Positions 1 to 9,744 of a stretch of 64,000 bases of DNA are shown piece by piece. Each line of letters starts with the position of its first letter. The first letter of the stretch is position 1. The notes below the pieces were generated by a model. The model ran no database searches. It saw only the letters and a program-made list of their open reading frames with translations, and was not told the DNA's origin. The translations under genes were made by a program, and so were the position numbers. Source of the DNA: an uncultured Candidatus Saccharibacteria bacterium (GTDB lineage: Bacteria > Patescibacteriota > Saccharimonadia > Saccharimonadales > JALRHH01); NCBI GenBank assembly GCA_964639295.1, contig CAZXDT010000001.1:52784-116783 (forward strand), in the 5' to 3' direction.

Positions 1-2
1 TA

Positions 3-791
3 CCAAGCCAGTTTGATGCGAGTATTGTTGTTGATGCATCGACCATGACTTTATTCCAAAAGCTGACAGAGTCCGGACAACAAGGCTGGGTGGCGAGCAA
101 ACCTTGCATCGTAATCGACCACCATGCAGAAACAGACAATCTGATTCCATTTGCTACTGTTATGATAAACCAACCAGATAAATCATCGGCAGGTGAAGTT
201 ATTTATGGGCTTGCTAAGGAAATTAATTGGCCCCTAGATGTTACTTCAGCAGAATTTATCATGACAAGTATCCTTGCAGATACACAAGGTTTAGCCAACG
301 ACCTTACTGGAGCCGATACTTACCGTGTTATGGCAGAATTGGTAGATACAGGTGTTAACCGTCCTGCACTCGAGGAGCTCCGTCGAGCTCAGTCTAAGTT
401 TGCTCTAGAAATTTTCCGGTATAAAGCCACACTTATTGAACGTACTGAGTTCTATGCAGACAACAGGCTAGCTTTGGTCGTTATCCCCCAGGATGAAATC
501 AGTAAATACAGCCCACTTTACAACCCAAATGCCCTTATTCAAATGGAACAGCTCCAGACGCAAGATACACTCATATCTGTATCTATAAAACACTACGGGG
601 ATGGTAAAATTACGGCAGCTATCCGTTGTAACACTGCTGCACCAATAGCTGCAAAATTAGCCGAACACTTTGGTGGCGGTGGACACGAATATTCAGCCGG
701 TTTTAAAATCACTGATGGCCGAGACATAAACGCAATAAAACAAGAATGCGTGGCATTCACTACTGAACTACTACAGGGAATTGATTCATGA
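3..791 (+). CDS. nrnA: Oligoribonuclease/pAp phosphatase NrnA-like, C-terminal part; the gene starts upstream of the window
   Basis: Reading frame is open from nt 3. C-terminal DHHA1 GGGGH motif (FGGGGHEYSAGF). Stop TGA overlaps the cysS start (ATGA). Confidence 0.6.
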   Translation, partial: PSQFDASIVVDASTMTLFQKLTESGQQGWVASKPCIVIDHHAETDNLIPFATVMINQPDKSSAGEVIYGLAKEINWPLDVTSAEFIMTSILADTQGLANDLTGADTYRVMAELVDTGVNRPALEELRRAQSKFALEIFRYKATLIERTEFYADNRLALVVIPQDEISKYSPLYNPNALIQMEQLQTQDTLISVSIKHYGDGKITAAIRCNTAAPIAAKLAEHFGGGGHEYSAGFKITDGRDINAIKQECVAFTTELLQGIDS

Positions 792-2188
792 AAGTTCAAA
801 ACACACTCACGAGATCACTTGATGAAATCAAGCCACTAGAAGGTAAAAAGATCGGATTATACACTTGTGGTCTGACTGTTTACAGCCAACCACACATTGG
901 TAACTGGGTTGCCTACATTTATTGGGATGTTCTGGTACGTACACTCAAAGATGCCGGATTTGATGTTACTCGCATTCAAAACATTACCGATGTTGGACAC
1001 CTGACTTCAGATGAAGATGCTGGTGAAGACAAGATGCTCAAAGGTGCACTCACAGAGGGTATAACAGCTTGGCAAGTTGCAAAAAAATATATAGCAATCG
1101 CCGATGACGAAGCCTATAACAAACTCGGCTTATTACGTCCGGACCACATGCCACGCGCAACTGAATATATCCCGCAGCAAATCGCATTCGTACAAGAGTT
1201 AGAGAAAAAAGGCTACACCTACGTCATTGCAGATGGCGTCTATTTTGATACTTCAAAACTTTCTAATTACGGCGAGTTAGCCCGACTAGATATTGACGGA
1301 TTACAGTTTGGTGCACGTGTCGCTGATACCGGCAAGAAGAACCCAACTGACTTTGCTGTATGGAAGTTCTCTGACCCTGCCGAAAAGCGCGATATGGAAT
1401 GGGAAAGCCCGTGGGGCAAAGGATTCCCAGGCTGGCACCTAGAATGTTCTGTTATGGCACGTGAACTACTGGGTGATCAAATTGACATCCACACTGGTGG
1501 AATAGACCACATCCCCGTACACCACACTAATGAAATAGCTCAGACGGAGGCAGTGACTGGTAAAAGGTTCAGTACTTACTGGATACATAATAACCACCTT
1601 AAAGTTGATGGTGAAAAGATGTCCAAATCACTGGGTAATATCTACACATTACAAGACATCATCGATAAGGGTTTCGACGTTGAAGCCTTTAAATTAACTA
1701 TCCTGGCCAAACATTATCGCACAGAAGGTAACTTTACCTGGGACATTCTAGAAGCCTCACAGAACCGTCTCAATGGATACCGAGCAATGGCAGACCAACA
1801 GTGGCAAGCTAATGAACAAGGAAAAGTGACTGATACTGAACTGCAGCAGGCAAAAAAGGCAATCCAAGAAGCTCTTCAAGACGACCTAAACACTGCTCAG
1901 ACACTAGCAATTCTTAGTCAAATTGAAGGCTCTATTGACAGTGGTGGTATTAGCACCGGTAGTCAAGGTTTATACCAAGATTTCTTAAAGTGGGTTGATA
2001 ACGCACTTGGGCTTACCCTAAGTAGCCGCTCTGACATCACTGAAGAACAGAAGATTTTAGTTAAAGAACGGCAAGAAGCTCGTGATGACCAAAACTGGGA
2101 AATAGCCGACCGCGTCCGTGACCAACTCCGCGACCAGGGTATAGAAATAAAAGACACATCCCGTGGCCAAATCTGGTCCCGAGTTTAA
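788..2188 (+). CDS. cysS: Cysteinyl-tRNA synthetase
   Basis: Class I aaRS HIGH-type motif (PHIGN), KMSKS motif, Cys-binding CGLTVY region; length 466 aa. Confidence 0.9.
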   Translation: MKVQNTLTRSLDEIKPLEGKKIGLYTCGLTVYSQPHIGNWVAYIYWDVLVRTLKDAGFDVTRIQNITDVGHLTSDEDAGEDKMLKGALTEGITAWQVAKKYIAIADDEAYNKLGLLRPDHMPRATEYIPQQIAFVQELEKKGYTYVIADGVYFDTSKLSNYGELARLDIDGLQFGARVADTGKKNPTDFAVWKFSDPAEKRDMEWESPWGKGFPGWHLECSVMARELLGDQIDIHTGGIDHIPVHHTNEIAQTEAVTGKRFSTYWIHNNHLKVDGEKMSKSLGNIYTLQDIIDKGFDVEAFKLTILAKHYRTEGNFTWDILEASQNRLNGYRAMADQQWQANEQGKVTDTELQQAKKAIQEALQDDLNTAQTLAILSQIEGSIDSGGISTGSQGLYQDFLKWVDNALGLTLSSRSDITEEQKILVKERQEARDDQNWEIADRVRDQLRDQGIEIKDTSRGQIWSRV

Positions 2189-2213
2189 TCAGACCCCTAG
2201 ATAAAACTAAGCT

Positions 2214-3302
2214 TTATTGGCCGATAGCTGCTTCTTTGGCAGCTTGCTTGCTAATGTGACCATTTACTTCTAGCCAGTCGAGTATAAGAATACGTGCGCA
2301 GCCCGTAATTGGAATAGCCACGAGACCGCCCAGAAGGCCGCCGAAGCTCACACCAACAAGAACTGACATGAATACCATAAGTGGAGGCAAGTCGGTTGAG
2401 TTAGCCTGTACACGGGGCTGGATGAGGTAGTTCTCAATCTGCTGGTACAGGATGTAGTACGCCAAGATAATAAGTGCCGTAATTGGGGACTGGAACAAAG
2501 CAATTGTACTAACAATAATTGCGCCAATCGTGTGGCCAACCATAGGAATTAAGCCACATATAAACACAATCACCATGAGCGCAATAGGGTAACTAACCCC
2601 TAGAATTAACAGAGGTACAACTATCATAACCGCAGCAAGTGCTGCCAAGAATACTTGACCATTCACATAACCCTTAATGACGCGGTACATGGAGGTCGTA
2701 AGACGCTTAGCACGAGGCCGATCTTTACTAGGTACGAATTGGGAGCCAAACTTGAGCCAAGATGGTCCTTCAATCAACATCATAAATGTCATAACTAACA
2801 CAGCTAGTAGAGAGAATAAGCTACTACTAATCTTTCCAAAGGTTGATACAGCCCCTCCACCGATGTTGTCGAGACGACTTGAGAGCTGGTGCGATAGTTT
2901 ATCAGTTTGGTCTTCTAGATTGTACTTACGTACAAAACGACCAAGCGATGTGTCATCACTTCTTAGGTCATCAACTAAGCTAGGAACGGAACTAATAAAG
3001 TTAGAGGTCTGTTTAACAAGTGGTGGAACAATGCTTGCCAGGAAACCAATCAGAAATAGCACAACGAGCAAGAAAGCTGTTGCAGTGCCAAGTTTACGAC
3101 TACCACGGCGTTTGCCAGGAAGATGCTCTGCAATCCAGTGGACGGGCGCGTTAAGGGCCAATGCTAGGAACACGGCGGTAAAAATAAGTATGAGGGAATG
3201 GGTAGCCTTGCTCAGTGCTCCAACGAACAGACTGGCAAGCACGACCATTGCGATGACACGTAGTATCGTGCGGTTGGAAATAGTTACTTCTACTTTACTC
3301 AT
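2214..3302 (-). CDS. AI-2E family (PerM/YhhT-like) membrane transporter
   Basis: Multi-TM protein with the typical AI-2E architecture. Start moved to internal ATG (MSKVEV) because the ORF-track start is a TTG. Confidence 0.7.
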   Translation of the reverse strand: MSKVEVTISNRTILRVIAMVVLASLFVGALSKATHSLILIFTAVFLALALNAPVHWIAEHLPGKRRGSRKLGTATAFLLVVLFLIGFLASIVPPLVKQTSNFISSVPSLVDDLRSDDTSLGRFVRKYNLEDQTDKLSHQLSSRLDNIGGGAVSTFGKISSSLFSLLAVLVMTFMMLIEGPSWLKFGSQFVPSKDRPRAKRLTTSMYRVIKGYVNGQVFLAALAAVMIVVPLLILGVSYPIALMVIVFICGLIPMVGHTIGAIIVSTIALFQSPITALIILAYYILYQQIENYLIQPRVQANSTDLPPLMVFMSVLVGVSFGGLLGGLVAIPITGCARILILDWLEVNGHISKQAAKEAAIGQ

Positions 3303-4446
3303 TATGGGTATTATCCTGCGTTCCTGCCCGTTTGGCAATTATCTTTTCATAGATCTGTACTAATTCTGGACCAACTGTAGCGATATCATACTGACTAATT
3401 GCGGCTTGCTGCTCTGTATGTAAGCGTTCTCGTAAAGTAATATCCGTGATCATTTGTTCCAGACACTCTGCAAAAACTTCTGTGTTCATGGGGTCAATTA
3501 ATGTCTCTGGCCATGGTGCTAAAACGCTAGAGTAGCCAGGGTTATTACCACCCAGCACTACGCCGGCTCGGGCTGCCATAGCTTCTAGTAGTACAATACC
3601 GAAACTCTCGCCACTGATGCTTGGGAAAATGGCAATATCGGCAGCACCGAGAATGCTTGGCTTGTCTTCCTCTGGCACAAAGCCGCTAAACGTTACAATA
3701 TCATCTATTTTGGCTGATTGAGCATACTTTTCTAGCTCTGGCAGGAGCGGACCTTTACCGGCTACAACAACTTCAAGTGTATCTCTAGTTGCCTGAGGTA
3801 GTGCTGCGACTGCCTGCAATAATTGCAGCGCACCTTTCCGCAGTACAAGGCGACCAAGGAATACAATGCGAGTCTTACCTGGTGTTGTCACGGGCTTACT
3901 GTTCTTTTGATACCAAGCAAGGTCAACAACATTAGGTAGTACATCTGCTGTCACCCCAAGGCTTTTCTTAGTAAAATCAACCGCTGGAGGTGATACTGCA
4001 AGCACCTTATCAAAACGTTTGACACTAGGACGAAGTAGCTTACCTAGTAGCTGTGTCCCGAGCGACTCCTTCCAGGTATAAGGCAGGATATGAAATGTTC
4101 CAATAATGCCAGTACGTGGTCCAGCCTCCAAGACAATATGCTGTGCCATAAATGGATGATGGGGCATTTGAACATGCAAGATATCAAACTGCTGCTCCTG
4201 CAGAAACTTTCGTAATTTACGACGACTCGCCCAAACGGGGATTGTTGTTCTGTTTCCGTTGAATTTGACAGTTATATTCCGACATAAGCTGTGAATATTA
4301 GGTATGTCGCGGTGTTCAGTCTGCCCAACTAGGTAGTGCACGTCATGACCCTGAGCTGTAAGCCATTCACCAACACGTAGAACATACTGCTGCACACCGT
4401 CGTTTGGATCAAGTGACGTATCAAGTACGAAACCGATTTTAGCCAT
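3295..4446 (-). CDS. Glycosyltransferase family 4
   Basis: C-terminal ESFGIVLLEAMAA..GGNNPGY motif (GT4/GT-B). Start placed at MAKIGFVLD so that it abuts the upstream GT4 stop. Confidence 0.8.
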   Translation of the reverse strand: MAKIGFVLDTSLDPNDGVQQYVLRVGEWLTAQGHDVHYLVGQTEHRDIPNIHSLCRNITVKFNGNRTTIPVWASRRKLRKFLQEQQFDILHVQMPHHPFMAQHIVLEAGPRTGIIGTFHILPYTWKESLGTQLLGKLLRPSVKRFDKVLAVSPPAVDFTKKSLGVTADVLPNVVDLAWYQKNSKPVTTPGKTRIVFLGRLVLRKGALQLLQAVAALPQATRDTLEVVVAGKGPLLPELEKYAQSAKIDDIVTFSGFVPEEDKPSILGAADIAIFPSISGESFGIVLLEAMAARAGVVLGGNNPGYSSVLAPWPETLIDPMNTEVFAECLEQMITDITLRERLHTEQQAAISQYDIATVGPELVQIYEKIIAKRAGTQDNTHNE

Positions 4447-5560
4447 GGTTTCTTTCGTTATATAGCTTTGTGTAGAGCACTTCGTACTGATCCACAATGT
4501 TTTTGTAATTAAACTGTTGTACGTAGTCATGTGCCCAGGCATTCCAAGTCTTTCGGAGGCCTTCATCGTTCAAAAGCATATGGAGTCGGCGGGCAAAATC
4601 GTCAGTGTGGCGTGGGTCTATAAGTGACAATTCACCACGTCCTTGCATAACGCCTGCATAACCAGGGTTATCACCAGCAACTACAGGTGTACCGGATGCC
4701 ATTGCTTCAAGAAGTACGATACCGAAACTCTCGCCGTATAGAGCAGGGGCACAAAAGACTGTTGATGACTGCATGAGGCGTAGTTTTTCAGTTTCTTCAA
4801 CAAATCCCAAAAACTCAATATTTTTGAGACCTAGGTCGAAGGCAAGTTCCTCAAGTTTCTCGCGGTCTGGGCCGTCACCACCGATTATAAGCCGTACATC
4901 TGGCATCATCGCTTGCAAGACCGCAAATGCACGGAGTAAGTATTTAACACCTTTTCGCTTCTCTAAGCGGCCTATGTAAAATACGGTTGGTTGCTCAACT
5001 TTGCTTGATGGTAGAGGTTTGTATTTCGTAAGGTCGATGCCGTTAGAAATAAGGTTAATCGGTTCATCTGTCAGTTTACGAACGTACTCTGCACCCGCAT
5101 CGGATACTGCCGTCAGTGCATCAAATGATTTAAGAATGCCTTTGGTATAGGGAGTGATCACTTTTTCAATAGTTTTGCTCATTCTGGTATCGGGCAGCTT
5201 GGCATGAAATGTACCTATGTTTATAGCATCACTTTGAGCAAGAATCTGGCGACCAATGATCGGGATCCATGGTTCATGGAAGTTCAAAATATCAAATTTT
5301 TCGACTGCCAATGTCTCGGCCATTCGTTCACTGTTGCCGGCGGATACTTGCACCGTTGTGTGTAGCCACGACTTCATATCCCGAGAAGCGCCCATAAAGA
5401 TAACATTCTCCGGTGCAGCACCAGTATATAGACGAGGTTGAGGCGTAATAATCTTGACCACATGGCCACGCTTAATCAGCTCCGCTTGCAGGGCGAGCAC
5501 ACATTCCTGCACGCCACCGCCTTTGAATATGTTATACGGCGATATCAAGCCAATTTTCAT
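4439..5560 (-). CDS. Glycosyltransferase family 4 (paralogue of the adjacent gene)
   Basis: ESFGIVLLEAMASGTPVVAGDNPGY motif. Tandem with the 3295-4446 gene. Confidence 0.85.
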   Translation of the reverse strand: MKIGLISPYNIFKGGGVQECVLALQAELIKRGHVVKIITPQPRLYTGAAPENVIFMGASRDMKSWLHTTVQVSAGNSERMAETLAVEKFDILNFHEPWIPIIGRQILAQSDAINIGTFHAKLPDTRMSKTIEKVITPYTKGILKSFDALTAVSDAGAEYVRKLTDEPINLISNGIDLTKYKPLPSSKVEQPTVFYIGRLEKRKGVKYLLRAFAVLQAMMPDVRLIIGGDGPDREKLEELAFDLGLKNIEFLGFVEETEKLRLMQSSTVFCAPALYGESFGIVLLEAMASGTPVVAGDNPGYAGVMQGRGELSLIDPRHTDDFARRLHMLLNDEGLRKTWNAWAHDYVQQFNYKNIVDQYEVLYTKLYNERNHG

Positions 5561-5608
5561 TAGATACAGTATACCAAACTAGAGGTATAAAGTATCCTAT
5601 CAGGTCTA

Positions 5609-6241
5609 CTATTGTTGACCTGATAGCAAAGTGCCTGCGCGTCCGGTATAAACCTGGCGACTAACAATAGCAATCCTATTATTTTTTGACGCACCACCAA
5701 CTGACAACTTACCGAGTAGCTTGAGTTTTTGATATACCTTGTTTTCTTCACTTGTGAGTTGGGCGTACTTTGATTCAAGTTTTTCCCTCATCGCTTGTAG
5801 GTCTGGATTCGTAGCGTCTTTGTCTAATTTTTCAAATTTCATCAGAGTTACGGGGTGTTCCAGTATATCCGTAACGAGATCCATAAGCTCTACGTGGGTT
5901 GTTTTGTCCGTCTCAGATGCGGTGAGCACATTGCCTTGTAAATCCATTCTTAGTTCGGTCGCACCGTGAGCATCAATGTCATATTGGGTGTGTGTTTTGT
6001 TGTCGCTTACATGCCATACGATTCCACCCACCTCAGATAGGCTCGTCTCTAGTGTTACTATTCGAGGAATGACAGAATTTGGGTCTTTTACAGACTGATG
6101 TTGGACCTCGCGCAGCAAGCCACCATCTGTCAATTCAAGCTGTACGAGATTTTTTGAAACGTCGTCCAATTGATCCGACCATGTTGCCACAAACTGTTCA
6201 GTCATATCCATAAAGATAGTTGGGCTAGATTCACGTGACAT
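5609..6241 (-). CDS. Hypothetical protein, coiled-coil C-terminus
   Basis: Long ORF with coding-like composition; no recognisable motif. Confidence 0.4.
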   Translation of the reverse strand: MSRESSPTIFMDMTEQFVATWSDQLDDVSKNLVQLELTDGGLLREVQHQSVKDPNSVIPRIVTLETSLSEVGGIVWHVSDNKTHTQYDIDAHGATELRMDLQGNVLTASETDKTTHVELMDLVTDILEHPVTLMKFEKLDKDATNPDLQAMREKLESKYAQLTSEENKVYQKLKLLGKLSVGGASKNNRIAIVSRQVYTGRAGTLLSGQQ

Positions 6242-6305
6242 ATTGCCAGCAATTGTACAGTATCTGTTTATGCCTTCAAATCATAAGAATTTTGTAGTTA
6301 CTAGT

Positions 6306-7232
6306 TTACTTCGAGAGTAGGGCACGGATTTCTTTGGGGATGATTGGGGCTGCTTCTTCCTTAGTAGCAATGACACTTGGAGCATGATTATGTAGGTCTG
6401 ACACGGCAAGATTAAAGTCTGTGAATATTACACGCATATGCTGCTCAACGCTGTTGTTGTCAAAGTACTTATCGCCTTTAACCGCAACATGCCACACTGG
6501 TAGCGCTACTTTTTTCTGGCAATTATCCACTGTAAGCATCTCAACTGTCGTAAACATGTGTGTCTGAGGTTCGTTAGCCTGCCAAAGGTGTACTTCAAAA
6601 TCCATCAATTTTTTAAATTCTTTTTTATCTGCGCCTTCAAATTTATGTTTGGCATTATGTGTCCGCGCATAGACTGAACGAAGTAATAATGGGTTTAGCC
6701 CTACGTTTTTGAAGATAATAGACGGTAGCTTGTAGGATAAGAACCGTGATGCCCCCACATACGCCTTGTAACGCTTTGGTGTGAACATAAAGTCGTCCTT
6801 GTGCGCAAAACCCGCAAGACTTACTACCAAATCAACTTTGTCTACGAGGTCAGGGTAGCGTTGCAGCATTCGTGTCGCAACAATAAACCCGTATGACAGA
6901 CCAGCAATTGAAAATCGGCGGCGTTTGTAGTGCATTTTAACAAATGCAGCCAAGTAGTCAGCCATTGCATCAAGCGTCGGCTTTTGTCCAATTGTATAGA
7001 AGCTATCCATACCACCAAATCCAGGTAAATCTGGCATAGTAATTGCACCATACTGATTCAAATCTTGTACGAGACCCCACCAACGCTCAAGTGTTGAATG
7101 ATGGCCGTACACAAATAGTATCTCTCGCTTATGGTCAGCAGGGGCGGGCATACGCAACATGCGACCATTGAGGCCGTTAATATATAACGGAACTATATAA
7201 TCGCCCGGATTATCGGATATTTTGTTTGCCAT
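6306..7232 (-). CDS. Alpha/beta hydrolase fold protein
   Basis: HGHHS oxyanion region and GLSYG nucleophile elbow (GxSxG). Confidence 0.6.
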   Translation of the reverse strand: MANKISDNPGDYIVPLYINGLNGRMLRMPAPADHKREILFVYGHHSTLERWWGLVQDLNQYGAITMPDLPGFGGMDSFYTIGQKPTLDAMADYLAAFVKMHYKRRRFSIAGLSYGFIVATRMLQRYPDLVDKVDLVVSLAGFAHKDDFMFTPKRYKAYVGASRFLSYKLPSIIFKNVGLNPLLLRSVYARTHNAKHKFEGADKKEFKKLMDFEVHLWQANEPQTHMFTTVEMLTVDNCQKKVALPVWHVAVKGDKYFDNNSVEQHMRVIFTDFNLAVSDLHNHAPSVIATKEEAAPIIPKEIRALLSK

Positions 7233-7265
7233 TAGCCTCTATTGTAATACATTTCCAGAGAAGAA

Positions 7266-8516
7266 CTAGAGAAATCGGGGTTTAAATCGCCACAATGCAG
7301 GTGGCTTCTCAATACTACTATTTAGAAGTCCCGGCGAGTCGACTTGTATTCGGCCAAAGTTACCTTTGATAATGCCGACTTGTGTACCGTGAGGGATGGT
7401 TTTCTGTGGAACCGGGATCGTATCAAGCGTTATTTCAGGTTTGATAGGGCTGCCGCGCCATACCACGCCCTTAACATCTTGTTTTGCCGCTACTTGAACG
7501 GAGCCTCCCCACGGCACCGCATATGTTCCAACTGTTTGATTGGCTTTGACGAGTGTCGTTTCTTCGAACCCATTAAACACAGAATTTATCAGTGGTATAG
7601 AATTTCTCAATGCTTCACTCAGGTTACTTGCGCCCATAATGACACTAACTGCTACAATCTTTTGGCCTCCGATGATGCGTTCTGCAGCTGCCATAAAACA
7701 GCCCCCAGCTTGTTCGGTGTTGCCAGTCTTTACGCCAACTATCCCGTCACGACCTAGAAGCATATTAACGTTATAGATCCGACCCGCAACGGGTATGGTT
7801 GCCTCCTGTTGAGCAGCGATCTCTGCTATCACGGGATTATCCATGGCATTCACAGCCAAACGAGCGAGATCCTCAGAACTTGCTGCAGTTTTGGGTGAGT
7901 AGCCACTTGCATCTTCAAAATGTGCATTACTCATACCAAGTGTCTTAGACAAACTATTCACATAGGCGGTGTACTGCTTTTCTGAGCCGTAAGCCCAGAC
8001 AGCTAAAGTGTGCGCCATGTTGTTCGCAGAAGGCAGGAGAAGGGCTTGGAGTGCTTCATATTCTGTAATTTCTTCTCCTATGACAACGGGTACATTAGAA
8101 CCATCTTCTGAGACAACCTTCTGATAGTAATCAACGTCGTCTTGAGTGATTGTAATGATTGGACCTTTTTCACCTACTTTTAGTGGCTTTTGCTTGAGTA
8201 CCGCAAGAGCAGTCATGACTTTAGCAACACTTGCTGTTGGGAGTGCCTTTTGTTCACCGTATGTCCCAAGTACTCCATACCCAACGGCGCCTACTGCAGC
8301 CTGGCCGTGGTTAGGCCACTTGAAGGTAATACTCTTTGCAGTTAGTGGGGCAATAGCATCAGCCTTGCCTGTAATAGCAGGTACAGAGCGGCCAAAGGAG
8401 CTTGCGATATACACAATAACGACCAACACAATAACAAGTCGTAAGCCACGTCTGCGGCCACGCTTCTGTTTTGGATGTTTTACTCCCTTAAAATCCCGTG
8501 GTTCCACTACCCTCAT
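7266..8516 (-). CDS. D-alanyl-D-alanine carboxypeptidase (low-MW PBP, PBP5/6 type)
   Basis: N-terminal TM anchor, SVAK (SxxK) active-site motif, SGYS, KTGN triad (GVKTGNT). Confidence 0.75.
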   Translation of the reverse strand: MRVVEPRDFKGVKHPKQKRGRRRGLRLVIVLVVIVYIASSFGRSVPAITGKADAIAPLTAKSITFKWPNHGQAAVGAVGYGVLGTYGEQKALPTASVAKVMTALAVLKQKPLKVGEKGPIITITQDDVDYYQKVVSEDGSNVPVVIGEEITEYEALQALLLPSANNMAHTLAVWAYGSEKQYTAYVNSLSKTLGMSNAHFEDASGYSPKTAASSEDLARLAVNAMDNPVIAEIAAQQEATIPVAGRIYNVNMLLGRDGIVGVKTGNTEQAGGCFMAAAERIIGGQKIVAVSVIMGASNLSEALRNSIPLINSVFNGFEETTLVKANQTVGTYAVPWGGSVQVAAKQDVKGVVWRGSPIKPEITLDTIPVPQKTIPHGTQVGIIKGNFGRIQVDSPGLLNSSIEKPPALWRFKPRFL

Positions 8517-8615
8517 ATATTGAGTTCATTATACCGAACATAAGCATATTGTGCCTAGATTGTTTTATTCCGACTTTTACGCTAGAATCTATCTGTTAAT
8601 CCTCTATATAAATAT

Positions 8616-8806
8616 TGGGGCGTGGCCAAGTGGTAAGGCACCAGTACTCCACCCCACGAAACAGGTTTCGCGGGGACCCCGGTTTGGTACTGGCATTCGG
8701 GGTGAAGATTACCTGTGGTAATCTGCAAGGGAACCTTCTGATGAAAACTTGTTTTCAATAATGAAGTTCCGGGCTCGCTGAAAGCGAGTCGAATCCCGTA
8801 TAATTA
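8616..8806 (+). pseudogene. Partial copy of tRNA-Gln (positions 1-53) interrupted by a 37-nt palindromic insertion in the anticodon loop and a ~90-nt insertion in the T-arm; lacks the 3' acceptor strand
   Basis: 8616-8645 and 8683-8702 are identical to the matching segments of the intact tRNA at 8836-8910. Inserted hairpin CCCCACGAAACAGG/TTTCGCGGGG. No acceptor 3' strand present. Confidence 0.5.
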
Positions 8807-8835
8807 ACATGATTCTGTTCTATCTTCTGGCTCAT

Positions 8836-8910
8836 TGGGGCGTGGCCAAGTGGTAAGGCACCAGTTTTTGGTACTGGCATTCGGGGGTTCGAATCCCTCC
8901 GCCCCAGCCA
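8836..8910 (+). tRNA. tRNA-Gln (anticodon UUG), CCA encoded
   Basis: Cloverleaf aligns position by position with E. coli tRNA-Gln (UGGGG..AAGCGGUAAGGCACC..UUUUG..GGUUCGAAUCC..CCCCAGCCA). Anticodon stem CCAGT/ACTGG, loop TTTTGGT. Confidence 0.85.
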
Positions 8911-8922
8911 GAAGAGAGCACA

Positions 8923-8940
8923 GAATCCCTCCGCCCAGCC
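8923..8940 (+). repeat. 18-nt direct repeat of the tRNA-Gln 3' end (GAATCCCTCCGCC-CAGCC) 12 nt downstream of the tRNA
   Basis: Matches 8891-8909 with a 1-nt deletion. Confidence 0.6.
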
Positions 8941-8974
8941 GAAAACTATCTATCAATCAAATCTCTCGTTCTTA

Positions 8975-9042
8975 TAGTTCGCATCTATTAGGGGGAGCCA
9001 TAAGCATTTTGACCTCTGTTTAGGCAGAGGTTTTTGTTTTGG
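8975..9042 (+). repeat. Dispersed intergenic repeat, copy 1 (head TAGTTCG..GGGGGAGCCATAAGCA plus terminator hairpin CCTCTG-TTTAGG-CAGAGG and T-run)
   Basis: Member of a family of at least 9 copies. Hairpin 9013-9030, T-run 9031-9040. Confidence 0.7.
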
Positions 9043-9103
9043 TTATGCTTGCAAATGACTAAAATGAGAGTATAAATAGTTTCTAAATTGAGGAGGCATA
9101 AAT

Positions 9104-9403
9104 ATGACTGAGCGTAGCGGTGAAAAGTTATCACTTAGAGAAGAAATTGTTGACGGTGCACGTGCACTAGGCGAGTTTGCTGTATATCTAGCTAAAAAAG
9201 TAGCAGGTGTACCTATGCCCCCAGATCCAGCAGAAGGACGTATCTACATTCCTGGAGACGGCAGGACACCATTACCAGCCACAGATTCTCCAAAGACCGA
9301 AGCAGAATGGGCAGCCATTTTAGGTGGTGATTTAGGCGAATTTGCTAATGACTACGAAGATGACCCGGAAGATGCCTGGGCGGAGCTCAGAAAGCAGATT
9401 TAG
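9104..9403 (+). CDS. Hypothetical small acidic protein
   Basis: AGGAGG RBS 6-11 nt upstream. TAG stop is fused to the head of repeat copy 2. Confidence 0.5.
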   Translation: MTERSGEKLSLREEIVDGARALGEFAVYLAKKVAGVPMPPDPAEGRIYIPGDGRTPLPATDSPKTEAEWAAILGGDLGEFANDYEDDPEDAWAELRKQI

Positions 9404-9470
9404 TTCGGAAGTCGTTTATTAGTGGGAGCCAAGCATAAGCACTTTGTAAGAGCAAAGTGTTTTTGTTTTG
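9401..9470 (+). repeat. Dispersed repeat, copy 2 (TAGTTCGGAAGTCGTTTATTAGTGGGAGCCAAGCATAAGCA plus hairpin CACTTTG-TAAGAG-CAAAGTG and T-run)
   Basis: 35-nt head identical to copies at 35971 and 37668; terminator subtype B. Confidence 0.75.
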
Positions 9471-9484
9471 GTACAATAGTCTCA

Positions 9485-9730
9485 ATGAAGAGAGTAATCC
9501 TGTTCACATATTTCATACTCAGTATTACTACTATTAGTGCTTGGCTAATTTGGAGCACAGCTAGAAATGCATGTGACGGCTTCTTTAATGGTGGACATGC
9601 TGTAATTTGCTATCCGGATGATCAGACACAACTTGGAATCGTACTATACGGTATTTTCATAGGTATTGTGTTTACTGGTGTGTCTTTGCTCGTGATGAAG
9701 TTGCTTGGTTTTAGTCTTACGAGAAAGTAA
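9485..9730 (+). CDS. Small membrane protein (2 TM)
   Basis: ATG chosen downstream of the repeat. The ORF-track GTG start lies inside the repeat/terminator. Confidence 0.4.
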   Translation: MKRVILFTYFILSITTISAWLIWSTARNACDGFFNGGHAVICYPDDQTQLGIVLYGIFIGIVFTGVSLLVMKLLGFSLTRK

Positions 9731-9744
9731 CTTCATGTGTTCTA

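Noticed and set aside
2677-3363. Long antisense ORFs from the track (2677-3363, 17267-17596, 23640-23993, 31385-31939, 45808-46356 and similar)
   Set aside because: They lie entirely inside well-supported genes on the opposite strand with low-complexity Ser/Thr/Arg-rich translations, which marks them as shadow ORFs.
8646-8682. Intron in a tRNA gene (37-nt insertion in the anticodon loop)
   Set aside because: Far too short for a bacterial group I intron. It has no bulge-helix-bulge context, and the copy also lacks its acceptor 3' strand, so it cannot be a functional intron-containing tRNA.
8616-8830. tmRNA (ssrA) candidate, because of the tRNA-like GGGG 5' end, a T-loop-like GTCGAATCCC and smpB elsewhere in the window
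   Set aside because: No tag-peptide reading frame ending in ..AA-stop, no 3' CCA acceptor partner, and the 5' part is an exact copy of tRNA-Gln rather than tRNA-Ala-like. It is better explained as a tRNA-Gln fragment.
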